Positions 13,961 through 25,593 of a stretch of DNA of 64,000 nt are shown one piece after another. Within the stretch, counting starts at the first letter, position 1; the number at the start of each line of letters is the position of its first letter. The DNA is taken from assembly GCA_964187785.1 (NCBI GenBank), contig OZ076409.1, positions 69,442,001-69,506,000 on the forward strand, written 5' to 3'. The stretch is from Amphiscolops sp. MND2022 (lineage: Eukaryota). The notes under the pieces are model-generated. The model was given only the letters and a program-made list of their open reading frames with translations. It was not told where the DNA came from and did not search any database. The position numbers and the translations under genes are program-made.

Positions 13961-15136
13961 ACGTTCCGTAAGTAGAACAGAAAGGAAACGGTACTTTCAA
14001 AAGAGTACGCTACTACCGAAGACTCATAATTTCTGAGGCTATGACTAACAGACCTTCAACGTTTACTTTATTTACACAGAACTGCTACCATGTGCCTAAA
14101 ACATTTTTGTCAGAGTACTCCGCAATTTAGGGGTTGTGTAGATCATATATATGAATGGAGGTTTGAACAGAGCGTGGTTGGTGTAGAAATGAATTCTGCA
14201 GCTCTGTAATTTGCCGAAATTTCAGACAGGTTGGAGCTGTGGTCCATCGGGCATGTTAATAAGCCGCTTTAACAGAATCCAAATGCATAGATATATTTCT
14301 ACCAAATACAAATATAATGACAATTCAAGACCGATAAATCAAAGAATCAAATCTCCATGTCTAGGTGGCATGACTGCAAATACTTACGAGTCATGGTATG
14401 ATTCATGATAAGATAACACAGGCCGTAAAAATCTCGCTCACCGTTGGACAATATCCAAGTGTTTGAAGGTTGCAACAGTCTGTAACTTCCTAATGAGCAA
14501 AACAATCTTAATGCGAACTAATATGGGTCTAGATCGAAACTATGCACTCCGGGAGGAAATTGTCTTGAGTGGCTCAAGTCCTATTTAGTTGATCAAAACA
14601 ACCAATATATAACTGTGTGGTTATGTCCATGTCATGTGCAGTGGACTTCCATTGTCGAAAAAATGGACAAGCATTTTCGTCTGCAAAAAATGTGAAGATT
14701 CTCACACTGGACTCACCCAAAGGATAGCCATCCTAAAAATCGACGCAAACTACGAAAATGTTTCCAGTAGTTTAACGCAGGGCATGGACGCGCTATCAAT
14801 CACCCCGCCTTGCCTGGAGCCGAATAGTCCAACGAAGAACGAAACATTCTATCGTAGAATAGATGAAACTCAAGAAAAAGAGGTCTTTCGGAAGAAAAAC
14901 TCTTTCGATTTACAACATGGTATTACGGTGAAACACTTTGGTGGGGTATTTTAGGATCGGATTTATGTGTGAGCGAAAAGCGAGATCGAAAATGGATCGA
15001 AAGTTTTGAGACCGAATTGTTCCGTTTTTGCAAGGTTTTTGCTCCTGCAAAGCGTTTAAAATATTTTAGGTACATTTTTCCACCTAATACGGGGTCATAT
15101 ATGGTGTATGCACGCTCGCCCTCACTGTTGCAAAGA

Positions 15137-15687
15137 TAAATGGTCACTTGGCTTAATGCCATTTGGCTTAAAGTCACTTGGCTTAATACAATTGGTCACT
15201 TGGCCTAATTTCTTAGGCTAAGTGTCTCGAGTATTGGTAACTTGGCTTATAGTCATTTGACTTAAAACCACTTAGTTGAAAACACGTGGCAGATTTTGTC
15301 GAATTTATCTTTACAACGTAGTCAGCGTATTATTATAACATGTCATATCAAGTACCCCTCGGATTTGTCCCCATTTCCTCTAGTGCCCTGCGGCCCCTTG
15401 GGGCCGCCTATATTCCCATCTTGCTAAGCGAGGTCGAACAGGAGCAAAGACCTAGCGGGAACGAAGATCGCGAAGCGATCGTAGTGGGAGCTGATCTTTG
15501 CGACGGTGAGGACGAGCGTGCATACACCGCATATGCCCCACATTATGATATTTCCGGGAGTTGACATATTTATTCCTTGAGTTGGAATGGAGTTGACTTG
15601 ATTTTGCGGTCACTTGGCCTAAAATTTTTAAACCAAAAGACTGGACGAAAAAATTAAACCAAATGGTATTTAGCCAAGTGAGTGGTA
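15137..15687. mobile_element. TIR element with GGTCACTTGGC subrepeats inserted in the left arm of the palindrome
   Basis: Imperfect TIR TCACTTGGCTTAATGCCATTTGGCTTAA / TTAAACCAAATGGTATTTAGCCAAGTGA; flanked by an imperfect 13-bp duplication ACTGTTGCAAAGA / ACCGTCGCAAAGG. Confidence 0.55.
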
Positions 15688-15971
15688 ACCGTCGCAAAGG
15701 CCAGCTTCCACCAGGATCGCTTCGCGATCTCTGTTCTCGCTAGGTCTTTGCTCCTGTTCGACCTCACTTAGCAATATGGGAACATAAGCAGCCCCAAGGG
15801 GCCGCATGGCACTAGAGGAAATGAGGGAATATCCGACGGCCAAAAACATTGTTATTTGAAAACGCTGTGTTCGAAGTAAAATGGTCAACGATAATGAGAT
15901 CGAATCAAGGTTTTCAAACACTTAGCGTTTCCAAATAACAATGTTTTTGGGCGTCGGATATGCCCCCATTT

Positions 15972-16322
15972 GGGTGGCTGTAAATAGGTCGAATTTTTCT
16001 GGTCGAAGAGACAGAGGTCGAACCTTTTGATCGACTTGCAGGGATCGAATGGAATGCCGTCGAATTTTATCGTATTTGTTGTATACAAATACGAATTTTA
16101 TCGTATTTGTTGCAAGTAGCAACAATGAGGCATGGTCATATGGCACGTCGCTCCGCTTCGCTTCAATCCTGCATTCAGGTCACTAGGAGTATGTGAACAT
16201 ATCTGACTACGTTATAAAAATTTCGATCCGAGTTGTTTTGATCTCATTCAAAAATTTGTATGTCGATCTGAGGACTAACTCTGATTTTCGATCCCGTTCC
16301 TTCGACCTACTTCCGTCCACCC
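15972..16322 (-). mobile_element. ~350-bp MITE (Mutator-like, 9-bp TSD), copy A
   Basis: TIR GGGTGGCTGTAAATAGGTCGAA / TTCGACCTACTTCCGTCCACCC; CCCCCATTT on both sides (right C-run expanded); strand arbitrary, opposite to copy B. Confidence 0.7.
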
Positions 16323-16373
16323 CCCCCCCCATTTCCTCTAGTGCCCCGCGGCCCCTTGGGGCTGCTTATGTTC

Positions 16374-16724
16374 GGGTGGGCGGAAATAGGTCGAAGTAAC
16401 GGGATCGAAAATCAGAGTTAGTCCTCAGGTCGACATACTCTGATTTTTGAATGGGATCGAAACAACTCGGATCGAAATTTTTATAACGTAGTCAGATATG
16501 TTCACATACCCTTAGTGCCCTAAATGCAGGAGCGAAGCGAAGCGGAGCGACGTGCCATTATGGCCATGCCTCAATGTTGCTACTTGGCGAAGGGAGCGAA
16601 GCGACCGAGCCATACAACAAATACGATAAACTTCGACCGCATTCCATTCGATCTCTGCAATTCGATCAAAAGGTTCGACCTCTGTCCTTTCGACCAGAAA
16701 AATTCGACCTATTTACAGCCACCC
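16374..16724 (+). mobile_element. ~350-bp MITE (Mutator-like, 9-bp TSD), copy B
   Basis: TIR GGGTGGGCGGAAATAGGTCGAA / TTCGACCTATTTACAGCCACCC; perfect TSD CTTATGTTC at 16365-16373 and 16725-16733. Confidence 0.8.
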
Positions 16725-19569
16725 CTTATGTTCCCATCTTGCTAAGTGAGGTCGAACAGGTGCAAAGACCTAGGGAGAACGGAGATCGCGAAGCGATCGT
16801 GGTGGAAGCTTGTCTTTGCGACAGTGAGGGCGAGCGTGCCTTCACCATATATGACCCCGTATTAGGTGGGAAAATGTACCTAAAATATTTTAAACGCTTT
16901 GCAGGAGCAAAAACCTTGCAAAAACGGAACAATTCGGTCTCAAAACTTTCGATCCATTTTCGATCTCGCTTTTCGCTCACACATAAATCCGATCCTAAAA
17001 TACCCCACCAAAGTGTTTCACCGTAATACCATGTTGTAAATCGAAAGTTTTTCTTCCGAAAGACCTCTTTTTCTTGAATTTCATCTATTCTACGATAGAA
17101 TGTTTCGTTCTTCGTTGGACTATTCGGCTCCAGGCAAGGCGGGGTGATTGATAGCGCGTCCATGCCCTGCGTTGAACTACTGGAAACATTTTCGTAGTTT
17201 GCGTCGATTTTTAGGATGGCTATCCTTTGGGTGAGTCCAGTGTGAGAATCTTCACATTTTTTGCAGACGAAAATGCTTGTCCATTTTTTCGACAATGGAA
17301 GTCCACTGCACATGACATGGACATAACCACACAGTTATATATTGGTTGTTTTGATCAACTAAATAGGACTTGAGCCACTCAAGACAATTTCCTCCCGGAG
17401 TGCATAGTTTCGATCTAGACCCATATTAGTTCGCATTAAGATTGTTTTGCTCATTAGGAAGTTACAGACTGTTGCAACCTTCAAACACTTGGATATTGTC
17501 CAACGGTGAGCGAGATTTTTACGGCCTGTGTTATCTTATCATGAATCACACCATGACTCGTAAGTATTTGCAGTCATGCCACCTAGACATGGAGATTTGA
17601 TTCATTGATTTATCGGTCTTGAAATTTCATATTTTTTGTATCTGGTAGAAAGATATCTATGCATTTTGATTCTGTCAAAGCAGCTGATTAACTTGCCCGA
17701 TGGACCACAGCTCCAACCTGTCTGAAATTTCGGCAAATTACAGAGCTGCAGAATTCATTTATACACCACGCTTTGTTCAAACCTCCAGTTCGAAATTTGG
17801 AGCTTTATTGCTGCTTCAACGCCATGACATTTTCAAAAGCATAATACTCTGCATGAATCGGATACCATTCAGACTTTAATCCTTTTCAACTAGTGTACAT
17901 TCAGACTTTAATCCATTTAACCTGGTTATTTCAGTTGTGTATGATCATGATGGCTTTTGGTTGCTTTTTGCTTCTCTCGAACACTATGTAATCGGAAAGT
18001 GTTTGGGATAACTCAGCTGCAATCAAATATGGGTGGTGTTATTTACAGTACCTATTTGAGCACAAGAAGTGGTCTTGATGGTTAGACTTAATTTACTTGA
18101 TTGATTTATGCTTAATTTTAACGTCAGCATTGGTGAAAAATATATTGAATCACAGCTGTCGACACTTGCAGCATATCATTTGCATCGGCATAAGATAAGT
18201 GGGCTCAAGTTTCTCAGGAAGCGTTTGTTTGTGCTGCGATTACCCTGCTTGTTAGTAGGCATTTGCATTAAATGTATTTTGTCAAAAGTATCTGCAATAA
18301 ATAATGATTTGCAGCAGTGACAATTATTGCAATATATTGAAAAACAAATCAGAGAAATTATCTTATTCATAACTTGCCATTATTGATGAATTGTTGTTAG
18401 AATTGACAATCGTATTCACCATAGTCATGTTCCAAATGTCTTGGACTGAGTGACTGTTGCATCTCATCAGTGGCATATTCGGCAGTGCTAAAATCTCGTC
18501 AGTTTCGATTTCGGCTTGATTATACTCACAGTAGCAGCTTTTTTAGTGAGATTGCACCCTTCTTTCTTACCCATCGGTATCAAGGTTTGGCACTTTTTTC
18601 AAGGATTCATTTTCAGAATATATATTTAAGTCTTTCTTGGCCTATTGTCTGGGAAATTTTTCATACTGATTTTATCGGGAAAACTTTCGTGGTCATGATA
18701 GACGAAGGGTTTGAAATTTACTTGCAATTTTTTGCAATGTCAGTAACAAGGACCGAAATAAGCCTCGAAAGGACCAATTGTTTGTGAAAGCAAAAACTTT
18801 TCCTGTCCCGAGTTTGATCCCTAAGGCTCTTTGGCACTTTTGGTTTATGCTCAACAGTATATTTTGTTAGAAAATAAGCAAATATTTATAACGGAAAATA
18901 TTTTCTACTCTTATCGATGGCAAGTTTTCGGCGTATTTTCTTGGTTTGAGTGACTGCATAAATTCCTTCTTGGCTTTTTGAAGCTTTCTGACGGCTCCAG
19001 ATGAATTATTTGTTGAATTTTATTACACATTGATGCAAATTACCTCATGACACCTGGAGAGTCATTACATAATCAGACTGTTGACAAAATGATGCAACAT
19101 GGGTTGTAAGCTTCTATCGAATATTTATGGGCTTCTTTTCAGAAGTGGGTGTGCTCGTTGGCACTGCCATGAGAAAGGAAATATGAATTGAAAAATGTCA
19201 TTAAACAATAAACCGATTTTTGTCAGTATTCTGTGAGATAATACATTAGTCTTGCCGTGGTTGGTAGCTGTTGGTTCTTCACCGCAGAATTGATGTCGCC
19301 GTGTGCTGTATAAGTTTTTATCTGAATTGAGCTGAAACTCGGACGGAAACAAAGTCTAGTCTACTGAGGAATCGATATTCATCAGTCATATTTTCAAGTG
19401 GCAACAGAAATAGAATTAACATCTGTCGAAGTTCGTCTCAAGCACAATTGATCGATGCGGAGAATTGAAGGAACATTCGTTTTAGAATCATAAGATTTCG
19501 TGATTTTTTGAGCTTTCTGAACGTTTTTGTCAATTTTCCGAATCAGAGCACCGATTATCAAACTAGGTA

Positions 19570-22500
19570 ATGGGAACATCGCTCACTGTCTTTTCAGACT
19601 CCGAGGAAGACCTAGCCAGCACAGACGAGGCTGATAACTCGTCGTCGTTAACATTCAGTCAGAATCACGGGAAGAACTTGCAACTCTCCAAAGGGGGTCT
19701 CGTCGCACGCAGACTCCCTGGTGGTTTCTGCAATGCAATTGTCTTCACAAACCAGCCAATCACACCGTACGGATTCAAAATGCGACTGAACAAAGTGGCC
19801 CATAACTGGAGTGGGTTTATCCGTGTTGGTTTCACCTCTAAAGACCCTTCTCGGATAAACCCAAAATCGTTGCCAAAATCTCTGGTGCCAGACCTCTGTG
19901 CCAAGAAGGGGTTTTGGGCCAAGTCTCTTGACTACGAGAACTTCTCGTCTGGCGATATCATCAATGTCTGGATCGACTCGACCGGACTAGCCAAATATAC
20001 AGTCAACTCACATTTGCCGGGTAATGAAGCGTGTCGCGTGTTTCTGGAGAAGCTGCCGATAGCGGACTATCTCTGGGTTGTGTTTGACGTGTACGGCAAC
20101 TGCACAGAAATCGAGTTGCTGCCAACTAAGAATGAAGACAGTGTTTTTCATTGGCCTGCATCACATAGTGAGTACCGCATCTCTGCTTGCTCTAAAGTAG
20201 TCCTGAAATTATTACACTTGCGATAAGCAAGTGTTATGGGAAAGTGGGTGCTTTTTTCCGCGCGACAACTCTCATTTCACGCGGCAAGTCCCACATTTCA
20301 AGCGTTCGTGGTCTTGTGGTAAGATGCTTGCTTTTCAACCCAGAGGTTTCGTGTTCGAACCCGTGGGTATGCGCTTATTTTTTTACAAGTATTCCGTAGC
20401 AGAAGGTTCTCACTTTTTTCGGCACTGAGACTTATCGGCTTTGTGAGATAATTTTGCAACAGAACGAATGTTAAAAATCCCAAAGGCACTATGGGACTGT
20501 TCAAAATTCTCATTTTTTTTTCGAAAATTTTTTAAAGACTCCCTTCTCATTTTTTTCATAAATTTTTAATGTATACAAAGGGCCCACCCTTCTCTTTGTT
20601 TGATATCTTGCAACAGAACGAATGTTAAAAAATCCCAAAGGGTCCCTTTTTCAAATTTTTCGGCACTGTGAGACTGCCATTAAAATTTCTCATTTTTTGT
20701 TTTCGAATTTTTTTATTAAAGACTCCAAAGAGCCCCCTTCAATATTTCCACTTGCGATAAGCAAGTGTTATGGGAAAGTGCGAGTTTTTTTTCCGCGCGA
20801 CAACTCTCTCGTTTCAGACCGCAAGTCGCATAATTCAGACTTTTTTGGTCTAGCGGTAAGATGCTTGCTTTTCAACCCAGAGGGTCCGGGTTCGAACCCG
20901 TGCCTATGCGCTAATTTTTTTTACAAAATTTTCGAAGCAGAAGATTCTCACTTTTTTCGACAATATGAGACTCCCCCTCCCCCTTTTCGACTTTTTGAGA
21001 CTTATTTTCGAAAATTTTTAACGTCCCCAAAGGGTCCTCCCTTCATTTTTTTTGATATTTTGCAACAGAACGAACGTTAAAAAATTCAAAAGGGTCTCTT
21101 CTTTCAGATTTTTCGGCACTATGAGACTGTCAAAAATTCGCATTTTTTCGAAAATTTTTCGAAGTCTCCAAATGGTCCCCCTTCAATTTTTTTGAATTAT
21201 CGCAAAAGAATGGATGTTAAAAAATCTCAAAGAAACCCCCTTTCACAGTTTTCGGCCTTGTGAGATTTTTCAAAAGTAATAATTTTTGTCTTAAAGTTAG
21301 GTTTTCTCAGGCCCAGCACGCCATATCCGATTTTTTTCAAAGACCGGTGTTTTTCATATGCGACTTTTTCAATTTTTTTTCATCGAAGTCCCCCCTCAAT
21401 TTTTACCAAAAATGAAACGTTTTGTGACTCTAAAGGACTCGTCAAGGTTTTCGGCACTATGCGACTTCAAAAAAATTGCCGGTGTCCTTCAAAAAAAACT
21501 TTCCTTCAATTTTTGTTTTCTTAAGGTTTTCCGTTGAGGAAGATGGGTTTTTTGCTGTTTTCAGTTGGGGAAGAATGGTTTTCGAGACTTATGCCCATCC
21601 CTTCGGGTATTTTTTGGCGCTGTAAAATTGATGAAATTTTAACATACTCCTTTTACCTACGTGTGTTCTACGTATGATATTGCTTATTTGGTTCTCAAAA
21701 CTTCGCAAGTGTTTGCGAAGCACGGCTTCGCCTCTGTGTTGAAATTTTGCAACAGAATGGATGTTAAAAATCTCAAAGGGTCCCCACTTTCACAGTTTCC
21801 GCCATTGTGACATTTTTCAAAAGGAATAATTTTCGTGTTGAAATGAGGTTTTCTCAGGTCCGGCACGCTATATCCGAATTTTGTTTTAAAAGACCGGTGT
21901 TTTTCTATGCGACTTTAAAAATTTGTTTCACCGAAGACCCTCCTCAATTTTTGCTAGAAACGAAACGCTTTGCGAGAGTTAAGGACTCCTCAAGGTTTTC
22001 GGCACTATGCGACTTACCGGAGACCATCAATTTTTTTTCCTCAATTTTCTGTTTTTCAAAGGTTTTTCGTTGAGAAAGATGGGTTTTTTGCTGTTTTCAG
22101 TTGGGGAAGAATGGTTTTCGAGACTTACGCGTATCCTTTCGGGTATTTTTTGGCGCTGTATATTGTAAAATTGATGAAATTTTAATGTCCTTTTACCCTT
22201 GGTTCTCCTTATGATATTGCTTATTTGGTTTTCTTCAAAAGTTCGCAAGTGTTTGCGAAGCACGGCTTCGCCTCTGTGTTCAAAAATCCAAATGCGTTTG
22301 CTGACAAGTTAAACTCAGTGTTGGAACGTTTCTGGTCTGCTTGTGGACGGGAATTGAAGTTAAATATTGAAAAGTCAAACTGATGAAAAATTCCAAGCCT
22401 ATTCAACTTACATTTTGCTATGTGAAGTAGGCCTTTTTGCTAAAATCTCAACAACTGCGGATATTCTCTTTGCCTAAAGTCCTCGACTAAACTGCTTCTA

Positions 22501-25500
22501 GGTTCCCTGAGAACTCCATGTGGAAAGATGTAGTTTTTCCCGCTACTTGGATGTATTGATTTACTTTGTATGCTGATGTATTTCTCACTTCAGTTACCTC
22601 ACCAACAGTAGCAGGAGCGGGTGGTGATGAGTGTTGCTCGTCGTCTGCTGCCAGCAGTCTCATGTCTTCTCTGACGTGGTCCTACAGACGTCTCCACTCT
22701 GTGTGTGGTAGTCACGAGTTGTCTCTCTCCACTGCCGCCTCCCTCATGACCAACAACTTCTCTATCCGCTCCGGATCCAACATCTTCCTCCCAGACGACC
22801 TCTTCGACATTTATTTCCACAAAATATCAGGTTACATAACACAAACACATCTTGTTATCAACAAGCCCTGGAGGCACCAAGTCGGCGTCACGTTCAGGAC
22901 TCAAAAGAGTAAGAATTCCGAAGAATATATTTTCCACATAGTGCCGGTTAAAATGAGACCGTATGCACTGAGCATGTACAGACAAAAGCGCCTCTAATGT
23001 TCTGATTGAATTGTTCCGGCTCTAATTGAACGGAAATGAAGAAACTCAATGAATATAATGCCCCAATTTAAAATTTTCACACTTAACCAAATCTTATGAA
23101 ACCAGTTAAATTGATACTTTTGGCACTTCTGAAAAATTAGTGCAATTAGTTCAAAAATCTTTGTTCTTGATGGAGCAACTTGTTTGAGAACTATTCAACT
23201 GGAGTGAATGAAATTCAATATGGTTGTGTGAAAGGAGTTATCAAACTATCAGCCGCTTTGGGGCGCTTTTGTCTGGTAATCGTACTGAAACCCTGTTGGT
23301 ATAATGTAACTGTCAATGAAAGCCCATGTGGGATGTGACATTCTTGAAAAAAATTGAGTTTTTTCTCTTCAAGTTCAAATTATTTTCATTAAATGTCTAT
23401 ACAATTTTGAGCCTCAAAAGGGCTCTAAGTTGAGTAGTTTCCTGTTTTTAATTATTATTTTGAATGAAAAATCGGTTTTGCAATTACCACGTGATGAAAT
23501 TAATATGTATTTATCTTTCAGGATCAAAAATCAAGTTCTCCAAATGCCAGACGATAGCTGTGCGGGACCCCGACTCGTATCATGACGGCAATGTGTTTAT
23601 AAACTCACCTCTGCTGTGCAATAGAACGTACCTGTTCGTGATTCTAGACAAAGCAGAGCGGTGTCTGGGTAATCTGCGGATTGGCGTTACTGATTGCAAC
23701 CCCAACGAACTCATCAAAGAAGGCAGCACCTGGCCGTCGGATTCTCTCGACTTCGAAGGCAGTGATGATATCCTTCTAATTATTTTTGAAATACTTCATA
23801 TTTGATGAAACAGCGAAATTTGTTCCATTAAAAATTCAAATCGCTCATGAACCCTCGTCATGTGAAGTTTGAAGTATTTGTCTTGGTGACCTCTTGTACT
23901 TCAATTTTCAATCGAAACATTTGCTGATGTTGGTTCTTTGAAATGATGGAAACTTCGAAATGCTTGAACTTGAAGGGAATCTCAGTTCGAAGTCAATCAG
24001 AAACTGGTTTTATATAAGCTGGTCAATTTTCGACAACGAGGTACTAGGTATATTTTTTCTTACTTTTTGCTTCAACTACAAAAACCAGAGTTAAAGATCT
24101 TGAAAATGTGCTAAAACAAAGTTCTCATTAGTGCTCATCACTGTACATTGAAGGAGTGCGTGAGACTGAGTTCTGGCACGTGTGTCAGATGAGTGAGAAT
24201 TGCAACATAGGAGACGTGGTGGCAGTCTACGTGGCCAAGAGCATGCACAGCAACGCCAAGAGGGTCGTCATGTTCAACGTCATTCGCCCCAATGTGTCAC
24301 AGGGCTACAACATGCAGTTCGAGTGGAAGCACTTGTGTGACGTGCCCTCTGGCAGTGGTCAGCTCTGGTTGCTCATTGATCTGTTTGGCAAGGCTAACTC
24401 CATTGGTTTAATCGGTGAGTTGATTCATAGTCTGTTTCCATTTGATCAGGCGCAGAGTTGGAACCGGGTCATAATTTTCTACCCGAAGCCAGGCCTGAGC
24501 CCGTTTTAGAAATCCTAACACGACTCAATATTTTAATACCTGACGAAACTTACTGAAAACGATTTTCTTACCCGAAAGTTAATTGTCAATGATAATCAGG
24601 AATACGCATCATGAGAATTCAAAAATGCCATTTTTCTTACAAAAGAATTCAACCTCAGAACGTTTTTTGGCAAACATCTGAGCTCTACGAGCTGTGCGAA
24701 TAAGACTCGCTTGACTAAAATCTCGCCCCGTTTAATGTATAAATTTTCGATTTATTTTCCGAATTGTTATACCCGGCCCGAAAAAATTTAAGCTCGAAAA
24801 AGCTCGGCTGTGAGCCCACCCGGCCCGGTAACATTTTATCAAGTGCTTGGTTCCAACTCTGATCAGGCGAAATGGTTTCATTGTTACACTTTTTGGCTGT
24901 AAACTATTGCATCTTTTTTAATTATGATGTCAAAGAGAACATCTCTAAATCTGCCAGATGTTTTCTTAGTCAGTAATTCTGTTAGGGCATAGTTCAAATT
25001 GACAAACTGAATAATTGTACTGAGAATTTTTAAGTGGTAGGTGGATTTGATGGGAAATGCAATCATTATATTGGTAAGTTAGTCAGCTCAGTTAAACGAT
25101 GTAGATATCTGAAAATAGCGGCCTTCATCATCTCATCTTACACAGCTGTGAAGTTTTCATGAACTACTTTACATTTTATCGTCTCTATGACTTAGGTATG
25201 ACGGCTCAAATCCGACCAGAAAGCAATGGCAACGAAGAACAAACAGAAGGCGCTGCTGGGTCAAACTCTGAATGCGGTGAGGTTGAAAGGTCAATTGCCG
25301 AGGGAGGGTCAGTAGGTAGATGTCACTGCAAAGCAATCGCTAACCCATTGGAATGTGCTCAGAATGGTACCCAAGATGGTTCCTCGCCCACTTGCTGCAG
25401 TGACCCAATCGACCTTGACACTCATAACCCGGAATGTGCAGTGTGCATGCAAAATAACAGTGACACGGTCATATACGACTGTGGCCATTGTTGCTTGTGT

Positions 25501-25593
25501 TACAATTGCGCCCATGACCTGTTGAGATTAAAGCACCATTGTCCAATCTGCAGAAGACCAATCAAAGACGTGATCAAAGTATTTTATGGGTGA
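19570..25593 (+). CDS. neur: Neuralized-like E3 ubiquitin ligase (2 NHR domains + C-terminal RING), ~576 aa; exons 19570-20167, 22594-22830, 23522-23758, 24154-24414, 25196-25593
   Basis: NHR1 FSQNHGKNLQLS...FCNAIVFTNQPI...LWVVFDVYG; NHR2 FHKISG|SKIKFS...LWLLIDLFG; RING CAVC...CGHCCLCYNC...CPICRRPIKDVIK; all introns phase 1 and in frame; MGxxxT myristoylation-like start; exon 3/4 junction uncertain by one codon. Confidence 0.9.
20749..21740 (+). mobile_element. Family 3 inner copy nested in the outer copy
   Basis: Same termini; inserted at a T-run so that CCCTTCAATATTT / GAAATTTTGCAACAGAA rejoins the host repeat unit. Confidence 0.7.
20846..20905 (+). pseudogene. tRNA-derived segment (Glu-TTC-like) within family 3; second copy ~20307-20365
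   Basis: A-box-like TGGTCTAGCGG, TTTCA loop, B-box GGTTCGAACCC; acceptor and anticodon stems do not pair. Confidence 0.5.
24453..24861. mobile_element. hAT-type MITE in neuralized intron 4
   Basis: 13-bp TIR CAGAGTTGGAACC / GGTTCCAACTCTG; perfect 8-bp TSD ATCAGGCG at 24445-24452 and 24862-24869. Confidence 0.88.

Larger units (their letters stand above)
14156..17787. repeat. Large nested inverted repeat (foldback) centred near 15895
   Basis: 14156-15136 is the reverse complement of 16813-17787 (near-identical ORF translations on opposite strands); inner arms 15688-15866 and 15924 onward. Confidence 0.9.
20215..22280 (+). mobile_element. Helentron-like non-autonomous element (HINE/DINE-type), family 3, outer copy
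   Basis: 5' CACTTGCGATAAGCAAGTG; 3' TCGCAAGTG plus hairpin GCGAAGCACGGCTTCGC plus CTCTGTGTT; no TSD; internal degenerate tandem repeats. Confidence 0.7.

Noticed and set aside
14634..17313. Duplicated ORFs 14634-14954, 16574-17026 and 16726-17313 as genes
   Set aside because: They cross repeat-unit boundaries and differ by frameshifts between arms; only a PHD-like remnant is recognisable
20307..20905. Functional tRNA genes
   Set aside because: A/B boxes are present but acceptor and anticodon stems do not pair; embedded in repeats, so reported as tRNA-derived only
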